DNA of 64,000 bases from Bdellovibrionota bacterium (GTDB lineage: Bacteria; Bdellovibrionota_C; UBA2361; JBGSMV01), in NCBI GenBank assembly GCA_041739995.1, contig JBGSMV010000080.1, positions 42,845 through 106,844 on the forward strand, in the 5' to 3' direction. This document shows positions 1 to 9,983 of the stretch, piece after piece. The notes beneath the pieces were generated by a model, which had not been told where the DNA came from, did no database searches, and saw only the letters and a list, made by a program, of their open reading frames with translations. Every line of letters starts with the position of its first letter. The first letter of the stretch is position 1. Position numbers and translations under genes: made by a program.

Positions 1-1
1 C

Positions 2-250
2 ATTGGCCTTTCGCAACATCTTTCAACCTACTGGGGCCCACTTGGAATTCGAGTGAACACTCTCACCCCTGGCGGCGTGCAAAGCGGCCAAAATGGTGAA
101 TTTGTGCGCAAGTATAGCGAACGAGTCCCGCTCGGACGCATGGCAACACCCGATGACCTTAGTGGCGCACTGGTATACCTCGCATCCGACGCTTCTCGCT
201 ATGTAACGGGGCAGAATTTGGTGGTCGATGGAGGCTTCACCGTTTGGTGA
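2..250 (+). CDS. SDR-family oxidoreductase, C-terminal part (PtmA/ElaC-like); 5'-truncated by window edge
   Basis: Open frame from base 2: [25 protein letters not shown]...VPLGRMA...[20 protein letters not shown], a classic SDR C-terminus. Confidence 0.9.
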   Translation: MGLSQHLSTYWGPLGIRVNTLTPGGVQSGQNGEFVRKYSERVPLGRMATPDDLSGALVYLASDASRYVTGQNLVVDGGFTVW

Positions 251-265
251 CCAGCAGGAGTTAGT

Positions 266-1189
266 ATGGGGTGCTGCACCCGCGTAATCGCCCGCTTGGA
301 CATTAAAGGTCCAAATGTAATTAAGGGACTCCAGTTCGAGGGGCACCGCGTTTTGGGCACTGCGGATGCATTAGCAACTGCATACTACCGAGCCGGGATC
401 GACGAGATAATTTATCAGGACACTGTCGCCAGCCTCTATCAACGCTCCAACATTGCGGAACTCATCAAGCGCGCTGCTACCGGTATCTTTGTCCCCATAG
501 CGGTTGGAGGCGGGCTACGAAGCATAGAAGATATGCGAAACGTACTTCGCGCCGGGGCGGATAAAGTTATCTTGAATACCGGTGCAGTAAAATCTCCGTC
601 GCTAATAGACGCAGGTGCCCGCGAGTTCGGATCTCAGTGCATTGTTTGCTCAATCGAAACCGCTCGAATCAATGGTGAATATAAGGTTTGGGTTGACTAT
701 GGACGTGAGGTCTCCTCTCTAGACCCCGTCAGCTGGGCTCAAGAAGTAGTGAATCGTGGCGCTGGCGAGATTATCATCAACTCACTTATGCATGACGGCA
801 TGGGTGAAGGGTTCGATTTGGATATAATCAGCCAAATTGCAGAAAAAGTCTCGGTGCCGGTGGTAGCCTCGGGTGGTGCTGGCAAGAGGGAGCACTGTCT
901 CGACGTGCTGCGCTCAACCTCCGCGAATGCCGTAGTAGTAGGCTCGATGTTTCACTACCACTATCTGCAAAACTCCACTCAGGCATTACCACAGCAACCT
1001 TCTCACCTACTCGGCGGAGAAATCGATCAGGGAAACTTCGATTTTATAAAAGATGGTTATGGAGGTGATCGCGCCATTATGGTGCAGCCAACCTCGGTGC
1101 AAGAGGTCAAAACGTTCTTGAGTGAAAATGGGATTGTCGTTCGCACCGCAATTTCGTCACCTCTGCCTGACCATAGGGTGTCAGAATGA
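266..1189 (+). CDS. hisF: HisF-like cyclase paralog (WbuZ/AglZ type, ammonia channel for glycan amidotransferase)
   Basis: RVIARLDIKG, VGGGLRS, AGADKV, GAGEI, ASGGAG motifs; adjacent to hisH paralog and amidotransferase, not in a his operon. Confidence 0.9.
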   Translation: MGCCTRVIARLDIKGPNVIKGLQFEGHRVLGTADALATAYYRAGIDEIIYQDTVASLYQRSNIAELIKRAATGIFVPIAVGGGLRSIEDMRNVLRAGADKVILNTGAVKSPSLIDAGAREFGSQCIVCSIETARINGEYKVWVDYGREVSSLDPVSWAQEVVNRGAGEIIINSLMHDGMGEGFDLDIISQIAEKVSVPVVASGGAGKREHCLDVLRSTSANAVVVGSMFHYHYLQNSTQALPQQPSHLLGGEIDQGNFDFIKDGYGGDRAIMVQPTSVQEVKTFLSENGIVVRTAISSPLPDHRVSE

Positions 1190-1863
1190 AAACTCAATCA
1201 ATTGTAGTGATTGACTATGGTGTAGGAAACCTCTTCAACGTTGAGTCCGCTTGCAAAGCGCTCGATCTTGATTTTCTCACCACCACCGATCCTCAGGTAG
1301 TTAGTAATGCTGCTCGCATCCTATTGCCTGGAGTCGGCGCTTTTAGACCAGCGATGCAACGCCTCCATGACGGTGGACTGATAGAACCACTGCGTAACTT
1401 CGTTACATCTGGACGGCCACTTCTCGGTATATGCCTTGGCATGCAGTTACTTTTCTCTACCTCTGAGGAGCACGGCTCCTGGAACGGCCTTAATTTTATT
1501 CCTGGAAAGGTCGTACGTCTCCACGAGGGTGCAGCCGCTTCCAATTCACAGGTCAAAATCCCCCATATTGGGTGGAATATGGTCAACCGTAGCCCCGATC
1601 ACCCCTCTCAATCAGTTCTCGATGGTCTACCTGCTCCAATATCGGTGTACTTTAACCACTCTTTCATGGCGGTACCGGTCGACCCAAATGTCGTGCTCGG
1701 ACATTGTTCGTATGGCGAGAACTCTGTCGCATCTGTGATTCGACATAACAACATTCATGGATGCCAGTTTCATCCAGAACGAAGCGCGGATGCGGGACTA
1801 CGAATTTTGTATAATTTTGCTCACCTAGATGGTCTAGGATCAACCCACACGGGAGGATATTAA
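1186..1863 (+). CDS. hisH: HisH-like glutamine amidotransferase (WbuY type)
   Basis: IDYGVGN, LPGVGAF, GICLGMQ (catalytic Cys), QFHPE (His-Glu); ATGA overlap with upstream gene. Confidence 0.93.
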   Translation: MKTQSIVVIDYGVGNLFNVESACKALDLDFLTTTDPQVVSNAARILLPGVGAFRPAMQRLHDGGLIEPLRNFVTSGRPLLGICLGMQLLFSTSEEHGSWNGLNFIPGKVVRLHEGAAASNSQVKIPHIGWNMVNRSPDHPSQSVLDGLPAPISVYFNHSFMAVPVDPNVVLGHCSYGENSVASVIRHNNIHGCQFHPERSADAGLRILYNFAHLDGLGSTHTGGY

Positions 1864-1864
1864 G

Positions 1865-3064
1865 ATGAGCAACCATCACCACTCCCAGCTCGACCGCCAG
1901 TTTGATTCTCTTCCGAAGGAAGTAGCCTTCTGCAAAAACTGTGTGGTTTCCAATCAGCGTCCTCGCACAAGATTCAACGCAGAAGGGGTCTGCTCGGCCT
2001 GCCAGTGGGCTCACGAGAAGGACCATCTCGTTGACTGGATAGAAAGGGAGCGTGAGCTGAAGGATTTATGCGACCGCTTTCGAAGTCCCACTGGTGGCTT
2101 TGATGTGGTGGTTCCCGGTAGCGGCGGAAAGGACAGCGCATACGTTGCGCACCAACTAAAGCATCGATACGGCATGCACCCTCTGTGCGTAACCTGGGCA
2201 CCCTTCGAGTGGACCCCAATCGGCTTTGCTAACCTGCAAGCATTTAATCGCGCCGGATTTACAAATTTGATTACACAACCCGACGGGAAATTGCATCGAG
2301 CTCTCTCTCGTCTCGCATTCGAGCTCAAAGGCGATGCATGGGAACCATTTGCCTACGGCCAGAAATCGCTTGCGTTTCACCTTGCCTGTCGCTTCGGTAT
2401 TAAACTTATTTTTTATGGCGAGAATGGAGAGCTAGAGTACGGGGGTTCGGAACGGCACAAGAATCTCCCCAAGGAAGGGCCTGAGGAGTGGAAAGACGCA
2501 TATTTCAAAGGAGCGTCCCTCGATGAGGTTATTGAAACTGGGTTGTCTCGGGGAGTGATAGAGAAATTCGATCTCTGCAACGCTTCGCTTGAACTTTACA
2601 AAGCGCCACCTCTACAGGAAATCCAAGAGCATGGCGCTGAAATGCACTGGTTTTCTTATTATCGAAAGTGGACCCCTCAGGAGAATTTCTACTATGCCGC
2701 ACGCCATACTGGATTCTTAACCAACCCCGAGGGCCGCTCAGAAGGTACTTATACCAGGTACGCGAGCTTGGATGATAAGGCAGATGGATTCCATTGGTAC
2801 CTGAGCTACATGAAGTTTGGCATGGGTCGAGCCTCACGTGATGCGCAAGGCGACATTCGCAGACATCACCTCACAAGAGAAGAGGGCGTTGCGCTCGTAC
2901 GAAGATATGACGGAGAGTTCCCTGCTCGATATTTTGATTGGTTTTTGAAGTATCTCGAAATTACCCGAGAGCGTTTTTGGGAGGTAATGGACATGTACAG
3001 GTCTCTGTCTAACGTGTGGCGCAAAGACGGGAAGGAGTGGGTCATGACTCATCCAGTGAAATAA
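1865..3064 (+). CDS. N-acetyl sugar amidotransferase (WbuX/PseA/PtmG family)
   Basis: CKNC...CSAC zinc motif, PP-loop SGGKDS, YGENGELEYGG, KFGMGRA, IRRHHLTREEG. Confidence 0.92.
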   Translation: MSNHHHSQLDRQFDSLPKEVAFCKNCVVSNQRPRTRFNAEGVCSACQWAHEKDHLVDWIERERELKDLCDRFRSPTGGFDVVVPGSGGKDSAYVAHQLKHRYGMHPLCVTWAPFEWTPIGFANLQAFNRAGFTNLITQPDGKLHRALSRLAFELKGDAWEPFAYGQKSLAFHLACRFGIKLIFYGENGELEYGGSERHKNLPKEGPEEWKDAYFKGASLDEVIETGLSRGVIEKFDLCNASLELYKAPPLQEIQEHGAEMHWFSYYRKWTPQENFYYAARHTGFLTNPEGRSEGTYTRYASLDDKADGFHWYLSYMKFGMGRASRDAQGDIRRHHLTREEGVALVRRYDGEFPARYFDWFLKYLEITRERFWEVMDMYRSLSNVWRKDGKEWVMTHPVK

Positions 3065-4218
3065 TGACTATTCGAGTATGTGTGGTAACGGGAACAAGGG
3101 CAGATTACGGACATCTTGCAAGTCTGCTAAAGTTGCTACGCGACGATCAAGAGATCGAACTCCAACTGATTGTTGCAGCGATGCACCTCTCGGCAGAGCA
3201 TGGCAATACCATTATCGAGATTCAGCAGGACGGTTTTGAGATTGCCGCTAAAGTTGAATCTGTAGTCGAGGGGAATGATGGCTCAGCCGTTGCACGATCT
3301 ACCGCGCTCGCCCTAGTCGGCTTCTCGAATGCTTTTGCCAATCTTAGACCAGACGTGGTTCTCCTTCTCGGGGATCGCTATGAGATGGGGGCAGCAGCTC
3401 AGGCCGCACTTTTCTCGAAACACCCTATCGTGCACATCAATGGTGGCGATAACACCGCCGGAAGCTACGACGATGCGATTCGCCATTTCATCACCAAATG
3501 CGCTCAGCTTCACTTCGTAACCAGCACAACCGCTGCACGACGAGTTGCTCAGCTTGGGGAAGCTCCCGACAGCATATTCAACGTCGGAAGCCTCTCGCTC
3601 GACAACATTAAACAAACCGCCCTTCTCTCACGAGAAGAGCTAGAGAGCTCCCTGGACTTTCGCTTTAAGCAGAGAAACATTTTAGTCACTTACCACCCAG
3701 CCACTGCAGACGAAGTAGACGCTACAGAAGAACTTAACGAACTATTGGCCGCACTTGATTGTTTCGGCTCAGAAGTCGGCATAATTTTTACAAAACCTAA
3801 CCACGACACAGGCGGAGCTGCAATTATTGAAGTCTTGAAGCACTATGTTTCATCTCGACCACATACCGCGTTAAGAGCAAGCCTCGGTCGGCAACGCTAC
3901 TATAGCGCGGTGAACATAGTGGACGTGGTCTTGGGAAACTCTTCGAGTGGGATTCATGAAGCTCCCGTACTCAAAACACCCACCGTTAACGTGGGAAATC
4001 GCCAACGCGGACGCTTCATGCCTAGCTCGGTACTCTCAGTCGACGGGAAGAGAGATCAGATTCACCAAGCACTCCTTAAAGCTTTTGCTACCGCGGTTAC
4101 TGACACCTCCACTGAATACGGGGACGGAACTGCAGGTCCGAAGATATTGGCGACTCTTAAAGAGCAATGGAAACTGGGAAAAATGAGGAGTGTCTTAAAA
4201 GACTTTCATGACTTGTAG
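3064..4218 (+). CDS. neuC: Hydrolysing NDP-N-acyl-sugar 2-epimerase (NeuC/LegG)
   Basis: VTGTRADYG, LLGDRYE, DDAIRHFITK, GNSSSGIHEAP, VNVGNRQRGR; ATG at 3064 overlaps upstream TAA. Confidence 0.93.
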   Translation: MTIRVCVVTGTRADYGHLASLLKLLRDDQEIELQLIVAAMHLSAEHGNTIIEIQQDGFEIAAKVESVVEGNDGSAVARSTALALVGFSNAFANLRPDVVLLLGDRYEMGAAAQAALFSKHPIVHINGGDNTAGSYDDAIRHFITKCAQLHFVTSTTAARRVAQLGEAPDSIFNVGSLSLDNIKQTALLSREELESSLDFRFKQRNILVTYHPATADEVDATEELNELLAALDCFGSEVGIIFTKPNHDTGGAAIIEVLKHYVSSRPHTALRASLGRQRYYSAVNIVDVVLGNSSSGIHEAPVLKTPTVNVGNRQRGRFMPSSVLSVDGKRDQIHQALLKAFATAVTDTSTEYGDGTAGPKILATLKEQWKLGKMRSVLKDFHDL

Positions 4219-4918
4219 CACAGAGAAATCTGCCCTTTTAGTGGGGAAAGCCGGTCACCCCTTTCTTCCACAAGCGATAGCTCTTGCCAAAGAAGTCTTT
4301 GCATCCGTCGAAGTTGTGGAAGGAAAACGAGGTGACCCGCTACCTCAACAGTTTGCTACCTGGAGAGGCGACTATCTCATCTCTTATCTTTCTCAATGGG
4401 TGATTCCTGCCGAGACACTCCAACACGCTCGCGTAGAGGCGATCAATTTTCATCCTGGGCCACCAGCATATCCTGGCATCGGGTGCACCAACTTCGCGCT
4501 CTACAATCAAGAGCTGTCCTTTGGAGCAACGTGCCATCGAATGGTAGCTAAAGTTGATACAGGTGATATTCTTTTTGTTGCGCGATGCCCAGTGCTGGTC
4601 TCCGACAGTGTTCTTAGTCTAACCGAGCGCTGTTATGCCCTCATCTGGGAGCTCTACGCTGAGACTTTGGGGAAAATTCGTGATGGCGTTCCATTCATAC
4701 CTTGTGGTGAGACGTGGAGCAGACAGCCCTACACACGAAAGGAACTAGATGCCCTTTGCCAAATCACCCCAGACATGTCCGTTAACGAAGTAGCTCGGAG
4801 AGTGAGAGCTACAAACTACCCAAACATGCCAGGCCCCTTCGTCGAGATCGGGGGATTTAAATTCAACCTCGACCTGCACGCGATGTCTTTGCCTAAAGGT
4901 TCTTCCTGTAAGAAGTAA
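4208..4918 (+). CDS. Formyltransferase family protein (putative sugar N-formyltransferase)
   Basis: INFHPG-PPAYPG, GATCHRM, KVDTGDI motifs of N10-formyl-THF-dependent transferases. Confidence 0.85.
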   Translation: MTCSTEKSALLVGKAGHPFLPQAIALAKEVFASVEVVEGKRGDPLPQQFATWRGDYLISYLSQWVIPAETLQHARVEAINFHPGPPAYPGIGCTNFALYNQELSFGATCHRMVAKVDTGDILFVARCPVLVSDSVLSLTERCYALIWELYAETLGKIRDGVPFIPCGETWSRQPYTRKELDALCQITPDMSVNEVARRVRATNYPNMPGPFVEIGGFKFNLDLHAMSLPKGSSCKK

Positions 4919-5144
4919 TGCTGTCTTTGTCGCCGCACAAAACGCCCGCACTGCGCTGGCGCAAGACCAGCGTGATACTTGGCTCCGCTACGGCATCCGA
5001 CAAGGCTTGCTCCCACACTCAAAATATCTTTATATTTCAGCTCGTTACAGAGCGGCGCTGACCCAAATGGAGGGGAAAGGCCTGAATCCCTAGGGACCGC
5101 CAGCTCATCAAAATTTATTGGAACAGTTCCAAGCGCAGTGTCTT

Positions 5145-5495
5145 ATGTCTAATGCACCCGATCATTCATTCGAGCTACTTGGCCACCGATTCTTTTTCGG
5201 AGAGCCCCCGCCAACGCACGCCCAAGCTATTCAAGAGTGGCAAAAGCAGTACAGCGGCATGGCAGAGGCGGAAGCTGCAATAGCTCAGTACAACTCTGGG
5301 AACCTGGAAGAAGCACTGCATCAGTTAACTCGCCTTGTAGTCTTTCAGCCAGATTTTTTTTCCCTCTATATTCTTAAGGCAGTGGTAGAGGTGAATTTGG
5401 GGAAAATAGAGGATGCTCGCAAATCGCTAAATTGGGTGCTGGTTAAAGACCCCACCTCTACTCAAGCCCGTCAGTTATTGGAGCAACTGGGATAA
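5145..5495 (+). CDS. Small TPR-repeat protein
   Basis: AIAQYNSGNLEEALHQL...LGKIEDARKSLNWVLVKDPTSTQARQLL TPR pattern; ATG 5145 preferred over TTG 5118. Confidence 0.7.
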   Translation: MSNAPDHSFELLGHRFFFGEPPPTHAQAIQEWQKQYSGMAEAEAAIAQYNSGNLEEALHQLTRLVVFQPDFFSLYILKAVVEVNLGKIEDARKSLNWVLVKDPTSTQARQLLEQLG

Positions 5496-5524
5496 ACAGA
5501 AAACAGATCAGGGATTGATCCAAA

Positions 5525-6493
5525 ATGGAACCCTCAATAAGTCGAACAGAAGAACAGTCAGGCGTCTTTGCCGGTCAAGGCGGCGGGGATGCTATCGTTT
5601 GCTATTGTCACCGCCTCACCCACACCGACCTGGTGGAAGCTCATAAGAAGTGTGGAAGCCTTGCCCAACTAGAAGAGACCACGAGGGCAGGACGTGGCTG
5701 CGGCGGATGTAGAGTCGTACTGCAATCGCTCTTCGGTGGCAGACATAGCGATGTAGTGGACTTCGACAAGGTCGCTTCCCAAGGAACTCTGTGCGTAAAG
5801 CCAGGGCACAAAGTGATGAAGGGGTTCGTGGTCGCCAACGAGCACCTTGAGTCTTCTGTATTCTCATCCAACTGTGTGGCTCCTCAGCTAGGCACCTGCG
5901 ACACCACCACTCGCATCGAGTATGGACTCATCGACCACAAAGGCACTCCGGTTCTTCATCGCCATGAAGTCGTGCCGACGAATGCGACATTTCGTTTTGA
6001 TACTAAGAACGAAGATATTCCTCGACCATTCTACGGTATGTTCTTTCTCACACTCGATCGCGAAAATGTTGGTGCAGCTCGATTCAACATCTACTGGCGC
6101 GGACAGAATTCCATTTGCTCCACTCATGAAAATGCGAACACCGGTCGCCCTCGCGTCTCTGTTCCCATTATCGTAACCGAAGATTTTCTTCGAAGCTGCA
6201 ATTCCCTTTACGTTGCGCTTATAAATCCACATTCGCGCGCCAATCCCTTCGCGCTCACTGTTCATGAGGTAGATACTGGCGAGGTCCTCACCTGGAAAAC
6301 AGATCTTGGTCCGTTTGGTTCGACCTGGATTAACGCCAGTGAATATCTATTTGGCCCTGCGGTCTCCAAAAACAGAAAAGGGCGCTTTGCCCTCACTGTA
6401 GAAACCGCGACGCTGCACCCTCAAGGCGCTATCACCGTCTACTTTTTTGTACATAATCGGCGACACAACACATGGACGTCCAACCACCTCTAG
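5525..6493 (+). CDS. BFD-like [2Fe-2S] domain fused to an unknown beta-rich domain
   Basis: IVCYCH-x~30-AGRGCGGC matches the bacterioferritin-associated ferredoxin CxC...CxxC pattern; remainder unrecognised. Confidence 0.8.
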   Translation: MEPSISRTEEQSGVFAGQGGGDAIVCYCHRLTHTDLVEAHKKCGSLAQLEETTRAGRGCGGCRVVLQSLFGGRHSDVVDFDKVASQGTLCVKPGHKVMKGFVVANEHLESSVFSSNCVAPQLGTCDTTTRIEYGLIDHKGTPVLHRHEVVPTNATFRFDTKNEDIPRPFYGMFFLTLDRENVGAARFNIYWRGQNSICSTHENANTGRPRVSVPIIVTEDFLRSCNSLYVALINPHSRANPFALTVHEVDTGEVLTWKTDLGPFGSTWINASEYLFGPAVSKNRKGRFALTVETATLHPQGAITVYFFVHNRRHNTWTSNHL

Positions 6494-7251
6494 CATACGA
6501 CCCGGAAACGGTTCGGCAGGAATACTGTTGCGGAGTGCTTCTTCCGACCGACGAGTATACTACGTCGATCACCAATTTCCCTGGGGGAAATTGCTTTCCC
6601 TACTGGGACACAAAAGGCGATTTCTTTTTGTCCTGCTCTATTTTTTCTGACGGCAAGCGTCATGCAGTCGTACATTCAAAGCACTGCAACGAGAAGGGTT
6701 ATCTAGAGGTCCACATCGACCATGCCACACAGTTCTCCGAAAAGCCGTTGAGTGGATTGGTGCTTATTGAACTTACTCTCCCGAAGAAGGTTCCCGTCGA
6801 CCTCTACACCGCGCATGTACATAAAAAAACGGGCATCTACGTTTCGTACCCTTCTGGTCATTTCGTCGGAGATACGCTCTACACTGCCACACGCGCCCGC
6901 GAGCTATTCAATACCGGCTTTTGGCCTGGATTAGTGAGCAGCGATACCGCTGAGACTTCTGTTATCTTAATGAACCCCTACAAAATTCCGTTCTCGTATC
7001 AACTGTCGCTCTTTCTCCCTGATGGTCGAAAACTTCAAACGGACGTAATGAAAGTACTCCCCTTTCGCTTCCAGATACATGCGATTGAAGAAACATTCCC
7101 TGAAGTCAAAAACTTGAGTGTAGAAGATAGGGAATGCTGCTCTATATGCATTTCTTCACAGTATAATCTTGTCGGATACGTCATGATTAAAGACAGAGGC
7201 ACCGGCGCATTCACGTCGATTGACCACCTCCACCCTTATGTTTTGATCTAG
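6472..7251 (+). CDS. Hypothetical protein, apparent paralog of the C-terminal domain of 5525..6493
   Basis: 259-aa ORF overlapping upstream gene; VILMNPY...TGAFTSIDHL resembles VALINPH...HNTWTSNHL. Confidence 0.7.
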   Translation: MDVQPPLAYDPETVRQEYCCGVLLPTDEYTTSITNFPGGNCFPYWDTKGDFFLSCSIFSDGKRHAVVHSKHCNEKGYLEVHIDHATQFSEKPLSGLVLIELTLPKKVPVDLYTAHVHKKTGIYVSYPSGHFVGDTLYTATRARELFNTGFWPGLVSSDTAETSVILMNPYKIPFSYQLSLFLPDGRKLQTDVMKVLPFRFQIHAIEETFPEVKNLSVEDRECCSICISSQYNLVGYVMIKDRGTGAFTSIDHLHPYVLI

Positions 7252-7253
7252 CC

Positions 7254-7700
7254 ATGAGTAGCTTTAGGACAACCCAACATCAAACATCTCTCCCCAGCGG
7301 CGCCAGAATCGCCGTCGATGTAATCGAGGTGCTGAGCGATGAGAACTGCCGCACCCCCTCTTTTGGTCAGGTGCTCAACAGCGAATTAGCGCTTAATCAA
7401 GGTGAGGTGGTGATACTTACCACTTCTTGGGATTCGGTCAGGGCCGAGGCAGAGAAGTCCCTACCACTACTTACCACCTCACCGTCCGTGCGTGCTGTTC
7501 TTAAATATCAAGCGCCATGGTTTGCGACATTTACTCGCCAGGCCCTTCAAAGCTCAGGAAACTTTCCGAACGAGATAACTCTGGAAGATGCGCTGTCGCT
7601 TTTCGTACAGCGTGCAAAGTTACGTCGAGAATTCTCATTTATTGAGCTGACCGATCCCATCAAATTCTCAAAAAGCGAGATGAAGATGGGAGGACCCTGA
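7254..7700 (+). CDS. Hypothetical protein
   Basis: 148-aa ORF starting 2 nt after the upstream stop; no recognisable motif. Confidence 0.55.
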   Translation: MSSFRTTQHQTSLPSGARIAVDVIEVLSDENCRTPSFGQVLNSELALNQGEVVILTTSWDSVRAEAEKSLPLLTTSPSVRAVLKYQAPWFATFTRQALQSSGNFPNEITLEDALSLFVQRAKLRREFSFIELTDPIKFSKSEMKMGGP

Positions 7701-7801
7701 TAGAGAGGACAGGATGTCCGACCGCGGACTGGAGCAAAGCGTAAGTACGCGAAGTGACGTGGATTTCGCGCCGCTCGTCGCGCGAAAGGAGCTTGGAGCG
7801 A

Positions 7802-7833
7802 GTGAAAAAGTGCCAAGGAGGGCATTTTTTCAC
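7802..7833. terminator. Stem-loop between convergent genes (possible bidirectional terminator; part of a MITE-like remnant)
   Basis: GTGAAAAAGTGCC-AAGGAG-GGCATTTTTTCAC, 13-bp stem with one G:T. Confidence 0.55.
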
Positions 7834-7944
7834 CAGCCTGCTAGTGGGTTTCGCTGTCGCACTTCCTATTTAACAACTTGATTCTGAATCGCGGCACGAA
7901 ACTCGAGCAAACGTTGGGCCTTCAAGCCTTTCCCATGTTGACCA

Positions 7945-8676
7945 CTAGGACGAGCACTGCCTCTTGCTTTTATTTACCAAGAACTCCGCGAACTCAAAAT
8001 CAAGCGGAGAATCAATATCTAGTGCCCTTTCACGGGGAACCACTACGGCCTTCGTTTTCCCTGCGAACAGTCCAGCATTCTGCAACACAAATTCTGGCCT
8101 CGTCGCATAGGCCACCGTCGTTATATCAAATACTTCGGGAGCCTCCTGCCGCCTACTATGACGGCCTTCAGAGGGTATCACTACGCGCGCATATCCTTCG
8201 GAATCAAGTGCCACCATATTGTAGTACGGATTTCTCGCTGCGGGGGTAACCGTTAACACCAGGTCGGCATCGCTTGTGCTAAGAAGTCGAAGACATGCCT
8301 CGATATCCACAAGAGATCGTAGCGGCGAGGTAGTTGGAATGGTCAGCAGCGTATCGAATTGGTCACCACCACGGGTAAGCTCCTCAATTGCGTGCCGCCA
8401 CACCAACCACTCAGGAGAATCATCTTGAGCAAGACGTGAGGGGCGCATGAAAGGGACTTCGGCACCAAAGCTTTGAGCAATTTGTGCAATCTCTTGATCC
8501 TCCGTACTCACTACCACTCGCGAAACAAGATCACTTTTCAATGCAAGTTCTATGGCATAACCAATGAGCGGACGGCCTGCCAGGAGCTTTATATTCTTTC
8601 GCGGCACTCCCTTAGAACCACCACGCGCACAGATTAGAGCTATAGTTCGTGGCTTAGCGATATTTTGGTCGACCAT
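7945..8676 (-). CDS. neuA: Acylneuraminate cytidylyltransferase (NeuA/LegF/PtmB)
   Basis: ICARGGSKGVPRKNI, VVSTED, EVPFMRP, PTTSPLR, LDIDSPLDF. Confidence 0.93.
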   Translation of the reverse strand: MVDQNIAKPRTIALICARGGSKGVPRKNIKLLAGRPLIGYAIELALKSDLVSRVVVSTEDQEIAQIAQSFGAEVPFMRPSRLAQDDSPEWLVWRHAIEELTRGGDQFDTLLTIPTTSPLRSLVDIEACLRLLSTSDADLVLTVTPAARNPYYNMVALDSEGYARVVIPSEGRHSRRQEAPEVFDITTVAYATRPEFVLQNAGLFAGKTKAVVVPRERALDIDSPLDFEFAEFLVNKSKRQCSS

Positions 8677-8850
8677 AGCTGCACTACACAAACAGTTGGA
8701 ATCTCCGTGGCGGGGTCAGTTCCTCTACGATGGAACATGCGAGCCGCGAGACCCGCGTTTCGTCTCAACGGACCGACAACAATAAAATACTTGGTTGGCT
8801 CTGGCCCGGATCCTACAACAACACTCAATCTCTGCACCACAGGCAGTGTG

Positions 8851-9891
8851 TTAGGGTTCTTGAGCTCGGGCATAGTTTTCAGGGAGACCTACATCAAGCC
8901 ATCGTTCATGGATAGGAAAGGCACCCACCCGCTTATTCAAACTGACGAGGCAATCGATGAACTCAGTCATACCGCACGGTCGTGCCTTCGGAACCAAAGG
9001 AAGCATGTTCGGATCAACCACGTACAATCCCGCATTGATCGAATAGTAGAGGGTTGGCTTTTCCTGTACTCCGGTAACCTGATTCTCCGCATCGAGCGAC
9101 ACCACTCCGTAGGGAATCTTCACCTCATAGGAACTGACAGTAAGTGTGAGGTCTGCACGATTCGCATAATGGAAATCCACGCACGCACCAAAGTCAACCT
9201 CGGTTACCAAATCTCCATTCACTACCAGCAGCGGAGCACTAATTGATCCGTTAAGGAGGCGCAACGGGCCCGCCGTTCCAAGCTCTGCTTCCTCGCGAAT
9301 ATAGGAGATTGAACATCCAAATTGCTCACCACTTCCGAAATGCTCTTCAAACTTAGATCCAAGATAATTGATCGAAATCGCTATGTCGGTGAAGCCTTGC
9401 AGCACGAGACGTCGAACCAAATGCTCGATCATAGGTCGCCCACGTACAGGCAGAAGGGGTTTCGGCGTAAGATCGGTGAGGGGTCGCAACCGCTGCCCTC
9501 TCCCACCTGCGAGGATAAGTACTGGATTCTTTCGTGGCTCTTTGCGCGGAACAAGTTCAGGAGAGGTTATGATATCAACCAGCATCCTTTTGTCGTCCAC
9601 CACTGGAATTTGTCTGATCTGATTCGCACGCATCAGGCTGTAGATCTGCGGAAGGCGGAACGATCTATCTACCACCACAAAGCTCTTGTTCATTATCTCT
9701 GCGGCGGTGATGGTGAGATTCTTGCGATTGATCAGCGCACGACGGCAGTCACCGTCCGTTACGGTACCCAGCACCTGCTTATCATTCCCAACGACGATAC
9801 AGATCCCAAAGGGACTCTCTTGCAGAGTCTCCAAAACCGTCTCGAGATCGGCGTCGGTGCCCACACATATTTTGTCGATTGCATTCGACAT
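8851..9891 (-). CDS. CBS-domain sugar-1-phosphate nucleotidyltransferase (PtmE-like)
   Basis: CBS pair (GTVTDGDCRR, QIPVVD) followed by LAGGRGQRLRPLT..PKPLL, LGTAG, NGDLVT. Confidence 0.9.
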   Translation of the reverse strand: MSNAIDKICVGTDADLETVLETLQESPFGICIVVGNDKQVLGTVTDGDCRRALINRKNLTITAAEIMNKSFVVVDRSFRLPQIYSLMRANQIRQIPVVDDKRMLVDIITSPELVPRKEPRKNPVLILAGGRGQRLRPLTDLTPKPLLPVRGRPMIEHLVRRLVLQGFTDIAISINYLGSKFEEHFGSGEQFGCSISYIREEAELGTAGPLRLLNGSISAPLLVVNGDLVTEVDFGACVDFHYANRADLTLTVSSYEVKIPYGVVSLDAENQVTGVQEKPTLYYSINAGLYVVDPNMLPLVPKARPCGMTEFIDCLVSLNKRVGAFPIHERWLDVGLPENYARAQEP

Positions 9892-9983
9892 AGAAACACT
9901 ACTCCTCGCCACTTTTAGATGCGGCGCGAGGCAGTATCGCCGCAAGGCGTTGTTGGCCCTAACTAGCTATAATATCTATATGT

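Noticed and set aside
266..1863. Histidine biosynthesis operon
   Set aside because: No other his genes; coupling to a WbuX-type amidotransferase indicates glycan-tailoring paralogs
8640..8873. 77-aa ORF bridging the nucleotidyltransferase and neuA genes
   Set aside because: No motif, overlaps both neighbours; cannot be supported
8665..9918. Plus-strand ORFs of 193 and 198 aa
   Set aside because: Antisense to the well-supported nucleotidyltransferase
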